From an uncultured Rhodospirillales bacterium (GTDB lineage: Bacteria; Pseudomonadota; Alphaproteobacteria; Ferrovibrionales; Ferrovibrionaceae), in the NCBI GenBank assembly GCA_937905845.1, contig CALCYJ010000208.1, positions 23 through 64,022 on the forward strand: DNA of 64,000 nt, given 5' to 3'. Made by a program: the position numbers and the translations under genes. Shown piece by piece: positions 1 through 10,077 of the stretch. The stretch's first letter is position 1, and each line of letters opens with the position of its first letter. The notes beneath the pieces were generated by a model. That model worked only from the letters and a program-made list of their open reading frames with translations, was not told the DNA's origin and ran no database searches.

Positions 1-28
1 TCTCCGCAAGTAAATTAATAGGTCCTGA

Positions 29-86
29 GCCTAAGCCTGTTCTTGTCGCAAAAGTGGCATCCACTTTTGCGGAACAGGCTTTAGGC
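29..86 (-). terminator. Long imperfect hairpin immediately downstream of the ald stop codon
   Basis: Core 11-bp perfect stem CGCAAAAGTGG (47-57) / CCACTTTTGCG (61-71) with a 3-nt loop. It is extended by imperfect outer arms GCCTAAGCCTGTTC / AACAGGCTTTAGGC. No clear U-tract. Confidence 0.4.
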
Positions 87-87
87 T

Positions 88-1206
88 TTAGGCCGAGAGC
101 GCCCGGTCCGCCGCGGTGTAATCGAGGCCGAGGTCGCGCGCGACCGCTTCGTGGGTCAGCCGGCCGGCATGCACGTTCAGACCATTCTTGAGGTGCCGGT
201 TGGCGTTGAGCGCCGGCTTGCCGCCCTGATCCGCCAAGGCGACGACGAAGGGAAGCGTCGCGTTATTGAGGGCGAAGGTCGAGGTGCGCGCCACCGCGCC
301 CGGCATATTGGCGACGCAATAATGGATCACGTTCTCCTCGACGAAGGTCGGCGCGGCGTGGGTGGTCGCCCGGCTGGTGGCAAAGCAGCCGCCCTGATCG
401 ATCGCGATATCGACCAGCACGGCGCCCGGATGCATCCGCCTGACCAGCTCGCGGCTGACCAGCTTGGGTGCCGCGGCGCCCGGCACCAGCACGGCACCGA
501 TGACGAGATCGGCCGCCTCGACCTCGCGCTCGATGGCGTCGACGGTTGAGAACAGCGTCTTGAGCCGGGCGCCGAACTGGATGTCAAGCTCGTTCAGCCG
601 CGGCAGCGACTTGTCTATGACGGTGACGTTGGCTTCCAGGCCGGTCGCCATGCGGGCGGCATTGGCGCCCGAGACGCCGCCGCCGAGGATCACCACCTTG
701 GCCGGCGGCACGCCGGGCACGCCGCCGAGCAGGATGCCGATGCCGCCTTGCGCCTTTTCCAGGCAATGGGCGCCGACCTGCACCGACATGCGGCCGGCCA
801 CCTCGCTCATCGGCGCCAGCAGCGGCAGGCCGCCGCGATCATCGGTGACCGTCTCGTAGGCGATGCAGGTCGCCCCCGATTCGAGCAGCCCCTTCGTCTG
901 CGCCTTGTCGGCGGCAAGATGGAGATAGGTGAAGAGAATCTGGCCCGGGCGCAGGCGGGCGATCTCCGCCGCCTGGGGCTCCTTCACCTTCACGACCATC
1001 TCGGCCACGGCGAACAGTTCGTCGGCGTTGGCGGCGATCGTCGCGCCCGCCGCCTCATAGGTCGCGTCGGGAAAGCCGATGCCGTTGCCGGCCCCCGTTT
1101 CGACCAGGACGCGATGGCCGTGATGGACCAGTTCGCGCACGCTGCCTGGGACCAGGCCGACGCGATATTCGTGAGTCTTGATCTCGCGCGGAACGCCGAT
1201 AAGCAT
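88..1206 (-). CDS. ald: L-alanine dehydrogenase
   Basis: 372-aa ORF. N-terminus [20 protein letters not shown] and Rossmann motif [14 protein letters not shown] are typical of the alanine dehydrogenase family. Confidence 0.9.
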   Translation of the reverse strand: MLIGVPREIKTHEYRVGLVPGSVRELVHHGHRVLVETGAGNGIGFPDATYEAAGATIAANADELFAVAEMVVKVKEPQAAEIARLRPGQILFTYLHLAADKAQTKGLLESGATCIAYETVTDDRGGLPLLAPMSEVAGRMSVQVGAHCLEKAQGGIGILLGGVPGVPPAKVVILGGGVSGANAARMATGLEANVTVIDKSLPRLNELDIQFGARLKTLFSTVDAIEREVEAADLVIGAVLVPGAAAPKLVSRELVRRMHPGAVLVDIAIDQGGCFATSRATTHAAPTFVEENVIHYCVANMPGAVARTSTFALNNATLPFVVALADQGGKPALNANRHLKNGLNVHAGRLTHEAVARDLGLDYTAADRALSA

Positions 1207-1573
1207 GGATCACCTCGTAGAACGGCTGAATAAGGAGCGCTCTGGCCCCAAGGGCGGCTGCCGATGACATTCGCTCTCCGGCCGGACAGGAACGGCCGGT
1301 CGCGCCACCGGCAGCCAAGTGTTATTTAGAATATGTGATCACACTTTTGCCCGGCGCTGTCAAGTGCGGCAAAGATGGCGAAACGCAATCGAAAGGTCGG
1401 GCCGGCGGCGCCTTGCTTTGGCGTCCGCCACGGCCGGTCGCTATCTCCTGGACGCTTATCGCACGCCCTGTATCATGGCTCGGCGCATCGAGGTTCGACG
1501 CTGGCGGGAGGGCGCCGGCCGGGGTGCTCATGACGCCAGGGGATCGGGTGGAACGGGTGGGCAGAAAGACGAC

Positions 1574-2392
1574 ATGACCAGAGCCGGGCATGGTTCCGAT
1601 CTGTCGGCGCTTTCGCCGATCGGGCGGGAAACGCTTCAGGAGCAGGCTTACGGCAAGCTCAAGGAAGCGCTGATGAGCGGGCGTTTCACGCCGGGTCAGA
1701 ACATCACGCTCCGCGCGACGGCGGCAGCCCTTGGCACCAGCCCGATGCCGGTGCGCGATGCGCTGCGCCGGCTCGAGACCGAGCGCGCGCTGGTGGCACG
1801 TCCCAACCGCACCCTCGGCGTTCCCGAGATGACATGCGATTCCCTGGTCGAACTGTGCGAGGTGCGCATGGCGCTCGAGGGGCTCGCGGCGGAAAAGGCG
1901 GCGCGCACCATCACCCTCCCCGAACTGGCCCAGGTCGATGCGCTCTACAAGGCCATGGCGCAGGCGGCCGAATCGGGCGATCTCGTCGCCTATACCAGGG
2001 TCAATTGGGCGTTTCACGCCGAGATCTACCGCGCGAGCCGCTCGGAGCTTCTGGTCTCTCTGATCGAGCCGATCTGGATGCGCGTCGGCCCCTATGTGCA
2101 TCTGATGATGCCCGACCGCAAGAGCCTGATCGTGTCGCTGCCGAACCACCGCCGGGCGCGGGAAGCGCTGCGCCGTCACGATCCGGTGCTGGCGCGCGAG
2201 GCGATCATGAACGACATCCATGAATCGGCCGACGGGCTGGCGCAGGCGCTCGCGGCGGCCGCGGGAATGCCGGGGCAGATGGAAAAGAAGCCGTCCCGGA
2301 ATCCGTCGCCGGCCGCCCTGGCCCTGGCCGAGCAGACCGAAGAATCCGGCCGGCGCTCCGGCCCGGTCAGGCGTCCTGGTCGTAGTCGATGA
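1574..2392 (+). CDS. GntR-family transcriptional regulator (FCD-type C-terminal domain)
   Basis: Internal ATG at 1574 of ORF 1319..2392. Winged-helix segment TLRATAAALGTSPMPVRDALRRLETERAL is followed by a helical FCD-like domain. The 3' end overlaps paaE convergently. Confidence 0.8.
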   Translation: MTRAGHGSDLSALSPIGRETLQEQAYGKLKEALMSGRFTPGQNITLRATAAALGTSPMPVRDALRRLETERALVARPNRTLGVPEMTCDSLVELCEVRMALEGLAAEKAARTITLPELAQVDALYKAMAQAAESGDLVAYTRVNWAFHAEIYRASRSELLVSLIEPIWMRVGPYVHLMMPDRKSLIVSLPNHRRAREALRRHDPVLAREAIMNDIHESADGLAQALAAAAGMPGQMEKKPSRNPSPAALALAEQTEESGRRSGPVRRPGRSR

Positions 2393-3455
2393 CCACGCGG
2401 TCGCTGACGGGATAGCTCTGGCAGGCGAGGATGAAGCCGCGCTTGACCTCGTAATCCTCCAGGGCGAAGTTCACATCCATATCGACATCGCCTTCGATGA
2501 GCTTGCAGCGGCAGGTGGAGCAGACGCCGCTCTTGCAGGAATAGGGCAGGTCCAGCCCTTCGGCGAGGCCGGCTTCGAGCAGGCTGCTTTTGCCCTTCTC
2601 CAAGGTAAAATGCCGCCGCCGTCCGTCCTGCACCACTTCGACCCCGCAGGCGGCCTCCCCGATGACGGCATGGGTGGGCGGAGCCGCGGTCCGTGGCGCG
2701 CCGGAGGTGGCGAAACGCTCGATCCGGATGCGGTCATCCGCGACACCTTCGGCGCTGAGCGCCTCGATCACCGCGGTCATCATCGGTCCCGGGCCGCAGA
2801 CGAAGAACAGGTCGATTTCGGCCGCCGGCGCGAAATGGGCGAGCAGGCGGCGGCATTTCTCCGCCGTGATGCGGCCGTTCAGAAGCTCGATATCCTGGTG
2901 CTCGCGGCTCATCACATGCACGAGGACGAGGCGTTCGAGATAGCGGTCCTTGAGGTCGGCCAGCGCCCCGCGCAGGATGACGCTGGACGAGGCGCGGTTG
3001 CCGTAGAAAAGAGTGAAGCGGCATTCCGGCTCGCGCTCCAGCGCCGTCTTGATCAGGGAGAAGACCGGGGTGATGCCGCTGCCGGCCGCGAAGGCGGCGT
3101 AGGCGCGCTTTCGTCCCGCGGCGGGCCCGGCATCGGGCGGCAGCGTGAAATGGCCGGTCGGCGGCATGACGTCAAGAATGGCCGCAGGCTTCAGCGCGCT
3201 CGCGGCGAAACTCGAGAACAATCCCCCCGGTACCCGTTTGACGATGATGCGCAGATCGCCGTCGCGCTCGCCCGAACAGATGGAATAGGAGCGCCGCACA
3301 TCCTCCCCCGCGATATTGGTGCGAAGCGTCAGATGCTGGCCGGCGGCGAAGCGAAAGGTTTCGCGTAAAGTTTCCGGCACGGCGAAGGAGACGAGCACTG
3401 CCTCGCGCGTTTCAGGTTGGACGGCGGCGACCGTCAAGGGATGGAAGCGGCTCAT
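2367..3455 (-). CDS. paaE: Phenylacetyl-CoA epoxidase reductase subunit (FNR-like domain plus 2Fe-2S ferredoxin domain)
   Basis: MSRFHPLTVAAVQPETREAV.. matches the PaaE N-terminus as I recall it. RRSYSICS flavin motif and C-terminal CKSGVCSTCRC plant-type 2Fe-2S cysteines are present. ATG 3455 is preferred over TTG 3470. Confidence 0.9.
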   Translation of the reverse strand: MSRFHPLTVAAVQPETREAVLVSFAVPETLRETFRFAAGQHLTLRTNIAGEDVRRSYSICSGERDGDLRIIVKRVPGGLFSSFAASALKPAAILDVMPPTGHFTLPPDAGPAAGRKRAYAAFAAGSGITPVFSLIKTALEREPECRFTLFYGNRASSSVILRGALADLKDRYLERLVLVHVMSREHQDIELLNGRITAEKCRRLLAHFAPAAEIDLFFVCGPGPMMTAVIEALSAEGVADDRIRIERFATSGAPRTAAPPTHAVIGEAACGVEVVQDGRRRHFTLEKGKSSLLEAGLAEGLDLPYSCKSGVCSTCRCKLIEGDVDMDVNFALEDYEVKRGFILACQSYPVSDRVVIDYDQDA

Positions 3456-3466
3456 GGCGGTAGCAC

Positions 3467-4033
3467 TCAATGCGGCTTGAAATAATCGAAAGGCTCAAGG
3501 CAGCGGTTGCAGACGTAATGCGCCTTGCACGGCGTCGAGCCGAAGCGGCTGACGATCCGCGTGTCGCCCTCGCCGCAATGGGGACAGGAAACGGCGAGCG
3601 CGCAGCCGGGGCAGGACGGGGCGTCGGCATCGCTTGGTGCTGCCGACGCCGGGGGGGCGATGCCGAATGCCTTGAGTCGCGCCCGGCCGGCGGCGCTGAG
3701 CCAGTCGGTGGTCCAGGCCGGCGCCAGGCTGATTTCGAGATGCGGTGCGACGACGCCGTGCGCCACCAGCGCGGCCTTGATATCGGCGGCGATCACCTCG
3801 GTCGCCGGGCAGCCGGAATAGGTCGGCGTGATGGTGACGAAAAGCGTGGGGCCGGCCGCCGTCTCCCGCCAGGCGACCGCGCGCACGATGCCGAGATCGA
3901 CCACCGAGACGACGGGGATTTCCGGATCCATCACCTCCTCGAGCCAGCGCCAGACTTGCGCCACGCTCAGGCTTGCGCCGCCCGGGGCGGTCGCGATGTC
4001 CGCTGCCGCCAGCGGTGGCGCCGCGGCTACCAT
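3467..4033 (-). CDS. paaD: Phenylacetyl-CoA epoxidase subunit PaaD
   Basis: MDPEIPVVSVVDLGIVR core (DUF59-like) plus C-terminal CPHCG...CNRC cysteine pairs. ATG 4033 overlaps the paaC stop by 7 nt. Confidence 0.85.
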   Translation of the reverse strand: MVAAAPPLAAADIATAPGGASLSVAQVWRWLEEVMDPEIPVVSVVDLGIVRAVAWRETAAGPTLFVTITPTYSGCPATEVIAADIKAALVAHGVVAPHLEISLAPAWTTDWLSAAGRARLKAFGIAPPASAAPSDADAPSCPGCALAVSCPHCGEGDTRIVSRFGSTPCKAHYVCNRCLEPFDYFKPH

Positions 4034-4785
4034 GCGGCACCCGGATAGGCGCGCGGCAGGAACTGCATCTCGGCCAGGATATAGCCGAGCCTTTCGCTGT
4101 GCCGGCCCTGCTTGCCGCCGCTCTGCATCCATTTTGCGGCGGGAAGGGTCAGGCCCGCCGCATCGAGCGTGGCGCCGACCTTTTCCAGCCAGGGCGCATG
4201 AAGCGCCGCCGGGTCGCAGGCGATGCCGGCCGCGATGAGCGCCTGGTCCAGCGCGTCGGCGGTGAACATCTCGCCGGTATAGGGCCAGAGGTCGTCGATC
4301 GCCGCCTGCATGCGCTGGTGCGAAAGCGCGGTGCCGGCGCCGAGCCGGATCACCCAGCCGGCGGAGCGTTCGCCATGATAGGCGACTTCCTTGACGGCCT
4401 TGGCGGCGATGCCGGCGATGCGCTCATCGTGCGAGCGGGCGAGTCCCGAGAGCAGCAGCTTGTGCCAGACATCGAAATAGAACTGGCGCGCCATCGTCTC
4501 GGCGTAATTGCCGTTGGCCTGCTCGACCAGAAGAAGATTGCGGAAGGCGGGCGCATCGCGCAGGTAGGCGAGCGTGTCCTCGCTCGCATCCGGGCCCTCG
4601 ATCTCGGCCGCGTAGGCGAGCCACAGCCGCGCCTGGCCGAGCAGGTCCAGCGCGACATTGGCCAGCGCCATATCCTCTTCCAGCGCCGGCGCCTTGCCGG
4701 ACCATTCGGCCAGGCGCTGCGCCAGGATGAGCCCGTTGTCGCCGAGCCGGAGCAGGTATTCCTGGAGCATGGAGGGTTCCACCAT
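4027..4785 (-). CDS. paaC: Phenylacetyl-CoA epoxidase structural subunit PaaC
   Basis: 252-aa ORF lying between paaB and paaD. Its size and position fit PaaC. Confidence 0.85.
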   Translation of the reverse strand: MVEPSMLQEYLLRLGDNGLILAQRLAEWSGKAPALEEDMALANVALDLLGQARLWLAYAAEIEGPDASEDTLAYLRDAPAFRNLLLVEQANGNYAETMARQFYFDVWHKLLLSGLARSHDERIAGIAAKAVKEVAYHGERSAGWVIRLGAGTALSHQRMQAAIDDLWPYTGEMFTADALDQALIAAGIACDPAALHAPWLEKVGATLDAAGLTLPAAKWMQSGGKQGRHSERLGYILAEMQFLPRAYPGAAW

Positions 4786-4807
4786 GGCGCAATCCTGCCT
4801 GATCCGA

Positions 4808-5089
4808 TCAGAGGTTCTTCACGCCGTCGGGCATGGGAAAGAAGGTCGGGTGGCGATAGGGCTTGTCGTTCGCGGGCTCGAAGAGAATTTCCTTGTCATC
4901 GGGGCTCGATGCATGGATGCGGCCCGTCTCCACCACCCAGATCGAGACGCCTTCGGCCCGCCTGGTATAAAGATTGCGGGCCGCCTGCATCGCCATCGCC
5001 GCATCGCTCGCGTGCAGGCTGCCGACATGCTTGTGCGCGAGCCCGTGCTGACTGCGGATGAAGACTTCCCAGAGCGGCCATTCCGGCAT
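4808..5089 (-). CDS. paaB: Phenylacetyl-CoA epoxidase subunit PaaB
   Basis: 93 aa starting MPEWPLWEVFIRSQHGL... The ATG at 5089 lies 2 nt after the paaA stop. Confidence 0.9.
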   Translation of the reverse strand: MPEWPLWEVFIRSQHGLAHKHVGSLHASDAAMAMQAARNLYTRRAEGVSIWVVETGRIHASSPDDKEILFEPANDKPYRHPTFFPMPDGVKNL

Positions 5090-5091
5090 GA

Positions 5092-6111
5092 TCACGGCTC
5101 CTGCGTTGCGCTTGGCTGCGGCAGATCGGGTTGGGCTGCTTGCGCCGTCCGGGCCGCGTGCGCCGCCGCGGCCTCGCGTACCCAGGCGCCGTCCGCCCAG
5201 GCCTGCGCGCGGGTCTTGAGCCGGTCGCGATTGCAAGGGCCATTGCCCTTGATCACGGCATAGAACTCGTCCCAATCGATCGGCCCGATGTCGTAATGCC
5301 CGCGCGCCTCGTTCCATTTCAGCGCCGGATCGGGAACGGTCAGGCCGAGGAAATCGGCCTGCGGCACCGTCTGGTCGATGAACTTCTGCCGCAGCTCATC
5401 GTTGGAATGGATCTTGATCTTCCATTGCATCGACTGCGCGCTATGGACCGAGGCCTCGTCGGAGGGGCCGTGCATCATCACCGCCGGCCACCACCAGCGG
5501 TTCAGCGCGTCCTGCGCCATCGCCTTCTGCGCCGCCGTGCCGCGCGCGAGCGCCAGCATGATGTCGTAGCCCTGGCGCTGGTGAAAGGATTCCTCCTTGC
5601 AGATGCGCACCATCGCCCGTGCATAGGGGCCGTAGGAACAGCGACACAGCGGGATCTGGTTGATGATCGCGGCGCCGTCGACCAGCCAGCCGATGGCGCC
5701 GATATCGGCCCAGGTCAGGGTCGGGTAGTTGAAGATGCTGGAATATTTGGCCCGGCCGGCGACGAGGTCGTCCAGCATCTGATCGCGCGAGGCGCCGAGC
5801 GTCTCGGCGGCGCTGTAGAGATACATGCCATGGCCGCCCTCGTCCTGCACCTTGGCCAGCAGGATCGCCTTGCGCTTCAGGCTGGGCGCGCGGGTGATCC
5901 AATTGCCCTCGGGCAGCATGCCGACCACTTCCGAATGGGCGTGCTGCGAGATCTGGCGCACCAGCGTCCGCCGGTAGGGATCGGGCATCCAGTCCCGAGG
6001 CTCGATCTTGACGCCGGCATCAAGCCGGCTCTGGAACGCCTGCTCCTCGGCGCTCATCTCCTCCGCCCCGCGGACGCGCGTCTCTCCGGTATCGACCAGT
6101 TGAGCATACAT
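5092..6111 (-). CDS. paaA: Phenylacetyl-CoA epoxidase catalytic subunit PaaA
   Basis: [33 protein letters not shown] and [11 protein letters not shown] diiron-type motifs match E. coli PaaA as I recall it. An alternative ATG lies at 6057. Confidence 0.92.
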   Translation of the reverse strand: MYAQLVDTGETRVRGAEEMSAEEQAFQSRLDAGVKIEPRDWMPDPYRRTLVRQISQHAHSEVVGMLPEGNWITRAPSLKRKAILLAKVQDEGGHGMYLYSAAETLGASRDQMLDDLVAGRAKYSSIFNYPTLTWADIGAIGWLVDGAAIINQIPLCRCSYGPYARAMVRICKEESFHQRQGYDIMLALARGTAAQKAMAQDALNRWWWPAVMMHGPSDEASVHSAQSMQWKIKIHSNDELRQKFIDQTVPQADFLGLTVPDPALKWNEARGHYDIGPIDWDEFYAVIKGNGPCNRDRLKTRAQAWADGAWVREAAAAHAARTAQAAQPDLPQPSATQEP

Positions 6112-6139
6112 GCCTTGGGCCCTCGGTATCGGCTCCGCT

Positions 6140-6278
6140 TATTATGATACAGAATTCTACCGCAGTGTCAAATTTATGTTGGTATTAAGATTATATATCA
6201 CCCAGAAACAGAACGTAGAAAAGGGGAATGTCATGGATACATATTTATAAATTAGATATATATTTCTGTATCATAATA
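6140..6278. repeat. AT-rich 139-bp element bounded by a perfect 15-bp inverted repeat (MITE-like element or paired operator)
   Basis: TATTATGATACAGAA at 6140-6154 and its exact reverse complement TTCTGTATCATAATA at 6264-6278. It can also be read as TA + 13-bp TIR ... 13-bp TIR + TA. The interior is about 27-37% GC in a ~67% GC context. Confidence 0.6.
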
Positions 6279-6425
6279 GAGGAAAATCGCACCAACCGTG
6301 GAAATGGCCGGCGGCGGGTGTTGCATGACGGCGACAGATTGATAATGTTTCAATATTGTCTCAAGTATGTCCCGGCGCCGCGTCGGCGCGATGCGGCCAG
6401 GCCGGATGGAGAAAGGAAGCCTTCG

Positions 6426-7010
6426 ATGAGCGAGCAGATGCTGGAGGAGCGGGCGCAATTCACCGCCATGGAGCGGGGGACGGAAGCGGATTGGCGTATC
6501 ATCGCGACCGCGATGAAACCGTTCCAGCGGGCGCTGCCCGACCGCGTCATCGAGCATCTCAAGCTTCTGGGCGGCGATCACGGCGGCTATGCCGTCGACC
6601 GGCTGGAGCATAGTCTACAAACGGCGACGCTCGCCCAGCGCGATGGACGGGACGAGGAATATGTCGTCTGCGCGCTGCTCCACGATATCGGCGACATGCT
6701 CGGCAGCGCCAATCATTCCGACATCGCGGCGGCGGTGCTCAAGCCCTTCGTCAGCGAGGCCAACCATTGGCTGGTGGAAAAGCACGGCATCTTCCAGGGC
6801 TATTACTTCTTCCACTATCTCGGCCTCGACCGCGATATGCGCGAAACCTATCGCGGCCATGAATATTTCGTGCCGACCGCAGATTTCTGCGAGAAGTACG
6901 ATCAATGCGCCTTCGATCCGAATTTCGAATCGATGCCGCTCTCGGCCTTCGAGCCCATGGTGCACCGCCTGTTCGAGCGGCCGAAGAACTCGATCTATCT
7001 GCGCCCCTGA
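6426..7010 (+). CDS. HD-domain protein, PhnZ/MIOX-like (putative diiron oxygenase or phosphohydrolase)
   Basis: ATG 6426 inside ORF 6228..7010. RLEHSLQTATLAQRDGRDEEYVVCALLHDIGD resembles the PhnZ-type HD motif block as I recall it. Length is about 194 aa. Confidence 0.7.
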   Translation: MSEQMLEERAQFTAMERGTEADWRIIATAMKPFQRALPDRVIEHLKLLGGDHGGYAVDRLEHSLQTATLAQRDGRDEEYVVCALLHDIGDMLGSANHSDIAAAVLKPFVSEANHWLVEKHGIFQGYYFFHYLGLDRDMRETYRGHEYFVPTADFCEKYDQCAFDPNFESMPLSAFEPMVHRLFERPKNSIYLRP

Positions 7011-7108
7011 GGCTTTTGCCTCCGGCCGCGTGCCCCGGGGGGAACGGCAACCGCGACAAACACGAAGGAGCCAACGCCCGCCCGCGAGCGGGCCGAAAGG
7101 AGGATGCG

Positions 7109-8053
7109 ATGCAATCGCAGGCGACGAAATTCGACGCTCTGAATTTGCACAAGGCAAATTTCGACAGCATCTATGAACTTCCCGATCCGCGGGAATATTT
7201 TCGTGTCCTCGCCGGGCTCGATTACATCATTCCGGATCTTGCCAGGAACGTCTTCCGTTCGCTGATCGAGCATCGCGGCCAGGAGCAGGAAAGGCCCGTC
7301 ACGGTGCTCGATGTCGGTTGCTCCTTCGGCATCAACGAAGCCCTCATCCGCTATCCGATCGATCTCCAGCGCCTGGCCGGCCGGTATGCAGGTCCCCAGA
7401 TCTATGCGCTTGAGCCCGAAGATCTCGTCGCGCTCGACCGCGACTATTTCCGTTCCTGGCCCGAGGTGACGGACGCGCGGTTCGTCGGCCTGGACATATC
7501 GCCCGCGGCGATCGCCTACGGCACGGCAGTCGGTCTGCTCGATGCCGGCATCACCGCCAATCTGGAGCGGGTGACGCCGGTCGGCCCGGAATGCGCCGTC
7601 CTGCGCGAGATCGACCTGATCATCTCCACCGGCTGCGTCGGCTATACCAGCGAAAAGACCTTCCGCAACATTCTGCAGACGTATGGCGGCAGGCCGGTGC
7701 CCTGGGTCGCGTGCTTCGTCCTGCGGATGTTTCCCTATGATGCGATCGCCGCCGAGCTGAGCCGGTTCGGCCTGGTCACGGAAAAGCTCGAAGGCGTCAC
7801 CTTCGTGCAGCGGCGGTTTCATTCCGAGCACGAAATGGCGGTGACGCTCGATCGGCTGCGTGCCCGCGGCATCGATTCCACGGGCAAGGAGGGGGAGGGG
7901 CTGTTTCACGCCGAACTCTATGTCTCCCGCCCCGAAGCCGCGGCGCGGCGGGCGCCGCTCGGCGAGATCGTCTCCGTCACGCGCGGGGCGAGCCGCCCCT
8001 ATGGCCGCCGCTACCGCCAGTTCGGGCAGGACGAGATCAAGCTGATGCCTTAA
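7109..8053 (+). CDS. Class I SAM-dependent methyltransferase-like protein
   Basis: ATG 7109 is preceded by AAGGAGGA. VTVLDVGCSFGINEA is a motif I-like glycine-rich loop. A later acidic or hydrophobic motif is FVGLDISPAAI. Confidence 0.6.
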   Translation: MQSQATKFDALNLHKANFDSIYELPDPREYFRVLAGLDYIIPDLARNVFRSLIEHRGQEQERPVTVLDVGCSFGINEALIRYPIDLQRLAGRYAGPQIYALEPEDLVALDRDYFRSWPEVTDARFVGLDISPAAIAYGTAVGLLDAGITANLERVTPVGPECAVLREIDLIISTGCVGYTSEKTFRNILQTYGGRPVPWVACFVLRMFPYDAIAAELSRFGLVTEKLEGVTFVQRRFHSEHEMAVTLDRLRARGIDSTGKEGEGLFHAELYVSRPEAAARRAPLGEIVSVTRGASRPYGRRYRQFGQDEIKLMP

Positions 8054-8063
8054 GGCCTCCTGT

Positions 8064-8079
8064 CGCCTCCGCGGAGGCG
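8064..8079. terminator. 16-bp perfect GC-rich palindrome between two convergent genes
   Basis: CGCCTCCGCGGAGGCG lies between the methyltransferase stop (8053) and the mscL stop (8086). It may act as a bidirectional terminator hairpin. Confidence 0.4.
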
Positions 8080-8085
8080 GGACGC

Positions 8086-8502
8086 CTACTTCGGCGCCCG
8101 CAGCAGGTCGCGGATGTCGGTCAGCAGCGTTTCCGTCTGCGTCGGGGCGGGTGTCGCCGGTGCCTTCGGCTCCTCTTTCTTCAGCCGGTTGATCTGCTTC
8201 ACCAGGATGAAGACGGCGAAGGCGACGATGATGAACTTGATCACCGCGTTGATGAAGACGCCGTAATTGATGGTGGTGGCGCCCGCCGCCTTGGCGGCCG
8301 CGAGCGTCGGATAGGCGGTTCCCTTCAGCGTGACGAAGAAGTTGGAAAAGTCGACACCGCCCAGGAGCAGGCCGATCGGCGGCATCAGGATGTCGTTGAC
8401 GAGCGAATTGACGATCGCCGTGAAGGCGACGCCGAGGATGATGCCGATGGCCAAGTCAACGACATTGCCGCGCATGGCGAAGTCGCGGAATTCCTTCATC
8501 AT
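8086..8502 (-). CDS. mscL: Large-conductance mechanosensitive channel
   Basis: 138 aa. [44 protein letters not shown] is the canonical MscL N-terminus. It occupies the last third of ORF 8086..9255. Confidence 0.93.
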   Translation of the reverse strand: MMKEFRDFAMRGNVVDLAIGIILGVAFTAIVNSLVNDILMPPIGLLLGGVDFSNFFVTLKGTAYPTLAAAKAAGATTINYGVFINAVIKFIIVAFAVFILVKQINRLKKEEPKAPATPAPTQTETLLTDIRDLLRAPK

Positions 8503-8564
8503 GATCTGGCCTCCCCGAAATGAACGTTCCGGCCGGAGGATCGCATATTTTCGGGGAAAAATCT

Positions 8565-9758
8565 TCAGCCGCCCGGAACGCGCCGCCCGGAATGCGCCGT
8601 TTGGTGCCGCGCCGCCCACACCGTGGCGATGAGGAGGGCGGCCAGCAGAACCGCCGCCGCCGCCAGGAGCAGTGGCGGCGCGAACGAGCTGCCGCGCGCG
8701 ATCATGAGCCCGGCGCCGAACGGCCCTAAGATCTGGCCGATGCCGTAGAAGATGGTGAGAAGGCCGATCATTCGGCCGGTGGCGTCGGGCGCCATTTCGC
8801 GCCCGAGACCGAAGGCGAGCGTGACGATGCCGGTGAAAGTGCTGCCGAACAGCGCCGCGGCGATAAGGGCGGCCGCGGGCGTCGGCACCAGCACCGGCAG
8901 CGCCGTGCCGAGCGCTTGCAGGAGACTGGCGAGAATGAGCGCCGGCGCCTGGCCGATGCGCCGCGTGGCCAGGCCCCAGAGCACGGTCGAGGGAATGCCG
9001 GCGAGCCCGACGACGACCCAGGCGAAAAGGCCGACATTGCCAAGCCCCGGCGTGCCTTTCAGAACGATGACGAGGAAGGTGGCGTTGACGACATAGCCCA
9101 GGCCCTCGAGCGTATAGGCGACAAGCAGGATGAGCACCGGCAGGCTCAGCCTGAGCCGGCCCGGACCGGCCGCCCCGCTCGACTCCTCGGCGGCCGCGCC
9201 CTTCTGCCAGGCCCAGGCCGGCAGGCCCAGAAGGGCCGCGATCAGGCCCAGCCACAGCCAGTCGCCGCGCCAGCCGACCAGAGGATCGAGCCAGGATACC
9301 GCCAGGCCCGAAATCGCGATGCCGCAGCCGACGCCGCCGAACACGACGCCGAGCAGATGGCTCTTCCCCACCTTGGCCAGCGTCTCCATCGTCATGGGGA
9401 CGCCGATGATGAGGATGCCGGCCGAGGCTATCCCTGAGACGAAGCGCAAAGCCGACCAGAAGAAGAAATTTCCCGTCAGCCCCATCGCCGCCGTCGTCGC
9501 GATGCTGAGAATAAGGCTCGCCCGATAGAGGCTCAGACGCGAGGGCAGCCGTGCCAGCGCGGTGCTGGCCAGCGCGCCCAGCAGATAGCCGGTGAAATTG
9601 ATCGAGGCCAGCATCCCCGCCGTGGCGGCATCGAGGCCCGCGTGCTGCTGCATCGCCGGCAGGATCGGCGTATAGGCGAAGCGCCCGATGCCCATGGCGA
9701 TGGTGAGCGAGAAGGCGGCGGCGGCGGCGCTGCGCCAGGCACGGACAGGTTCGGACAT
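8565..9758 (-). CDS. MFS transporter (YbfB/YjiJ-like)
   Basis: About 397 aa and highly hydrophobic with multiple TM segments. N-terminus is [26 protein letters not shown] at 9758; a TTG lies at 9761. Confidence 0.8.
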   Translation of the reverse strand: MSEPVRAWRSAAAAAFSLTIAMGIGRFAYTPILPAMQQHAGLDAATAGMLASINFTGYLLGALASTALARLPSRLSLYRASLILSIATTAAMGLTGNFFFWSALRFVSGIASAGILIIGVPMTMETLAKVGKSHLLGVVFGGVGCGIAISGLAVSWLDPLVGWRGDWLWLGLIAALLGLPAWAWQKGAAAEESSGAAGPGRLRLSLPVLILLVAYTLEGLGYVVNATFLVIVLKGTPGLGNVGLFAWVVVGLAGIPSTVLWGLATRRIGQAPALILASLLQALGTALPVLVPTPAAALIAAALFGSTFTGIVTLAFGLGREMAPDATGRMIGLLTIFYGIGQILGPFGAGLMIARGSSFAPPLLLAAAAVLLAALLIATVWAARHQTAHSGRRVPGG

Positions 9759-10077
9759 CAAATCGTCTTTCTACAGCACCCGTGCGGCCGGAGCGTGAGG
9801 CCCGATCCGCGATGGGCTCGCCATGTTCGGCGACAGCGGACGGGCAGTGGGATTGCGACCGGGATCGCCCCTGGAATCATAGAGGGTCTTTTCGGCGCAA
9901 GGACAGCGGGTAATGTGTTGCCGCCTTGAAATCTACCTCGGAACGCCAAGGGAATGCTTCGGCCGATTCCGCATGATACGGCGCGCAGATGAGGCAAATC
10001 TTCCACGCGCGGCGGCGGACATCCTGTGGCATTCTGTCGGTGGGAAGAGAAACGATCCGTGACCGGAGGATGCGGCG

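Noticed and set aside
1207-1573. AAGTGT...TGATCA...ACACTT inverted repeat near 1318-1350 as an ald or GntR operator
   Set aside because: The arms are short (6 bp) and occur once. They are insufficient to distinguish from chance, so this is not reported as a feature.
6228-6425. N-terminal extension of the HD-protein ORF (MSWIHIYKLDIYFCIIIEEN...)
   Set aside because: It lies in the AT-rich inverted-repeat element. The composition is atypical and no SD is present. The HD homology begins after ATG 6426.
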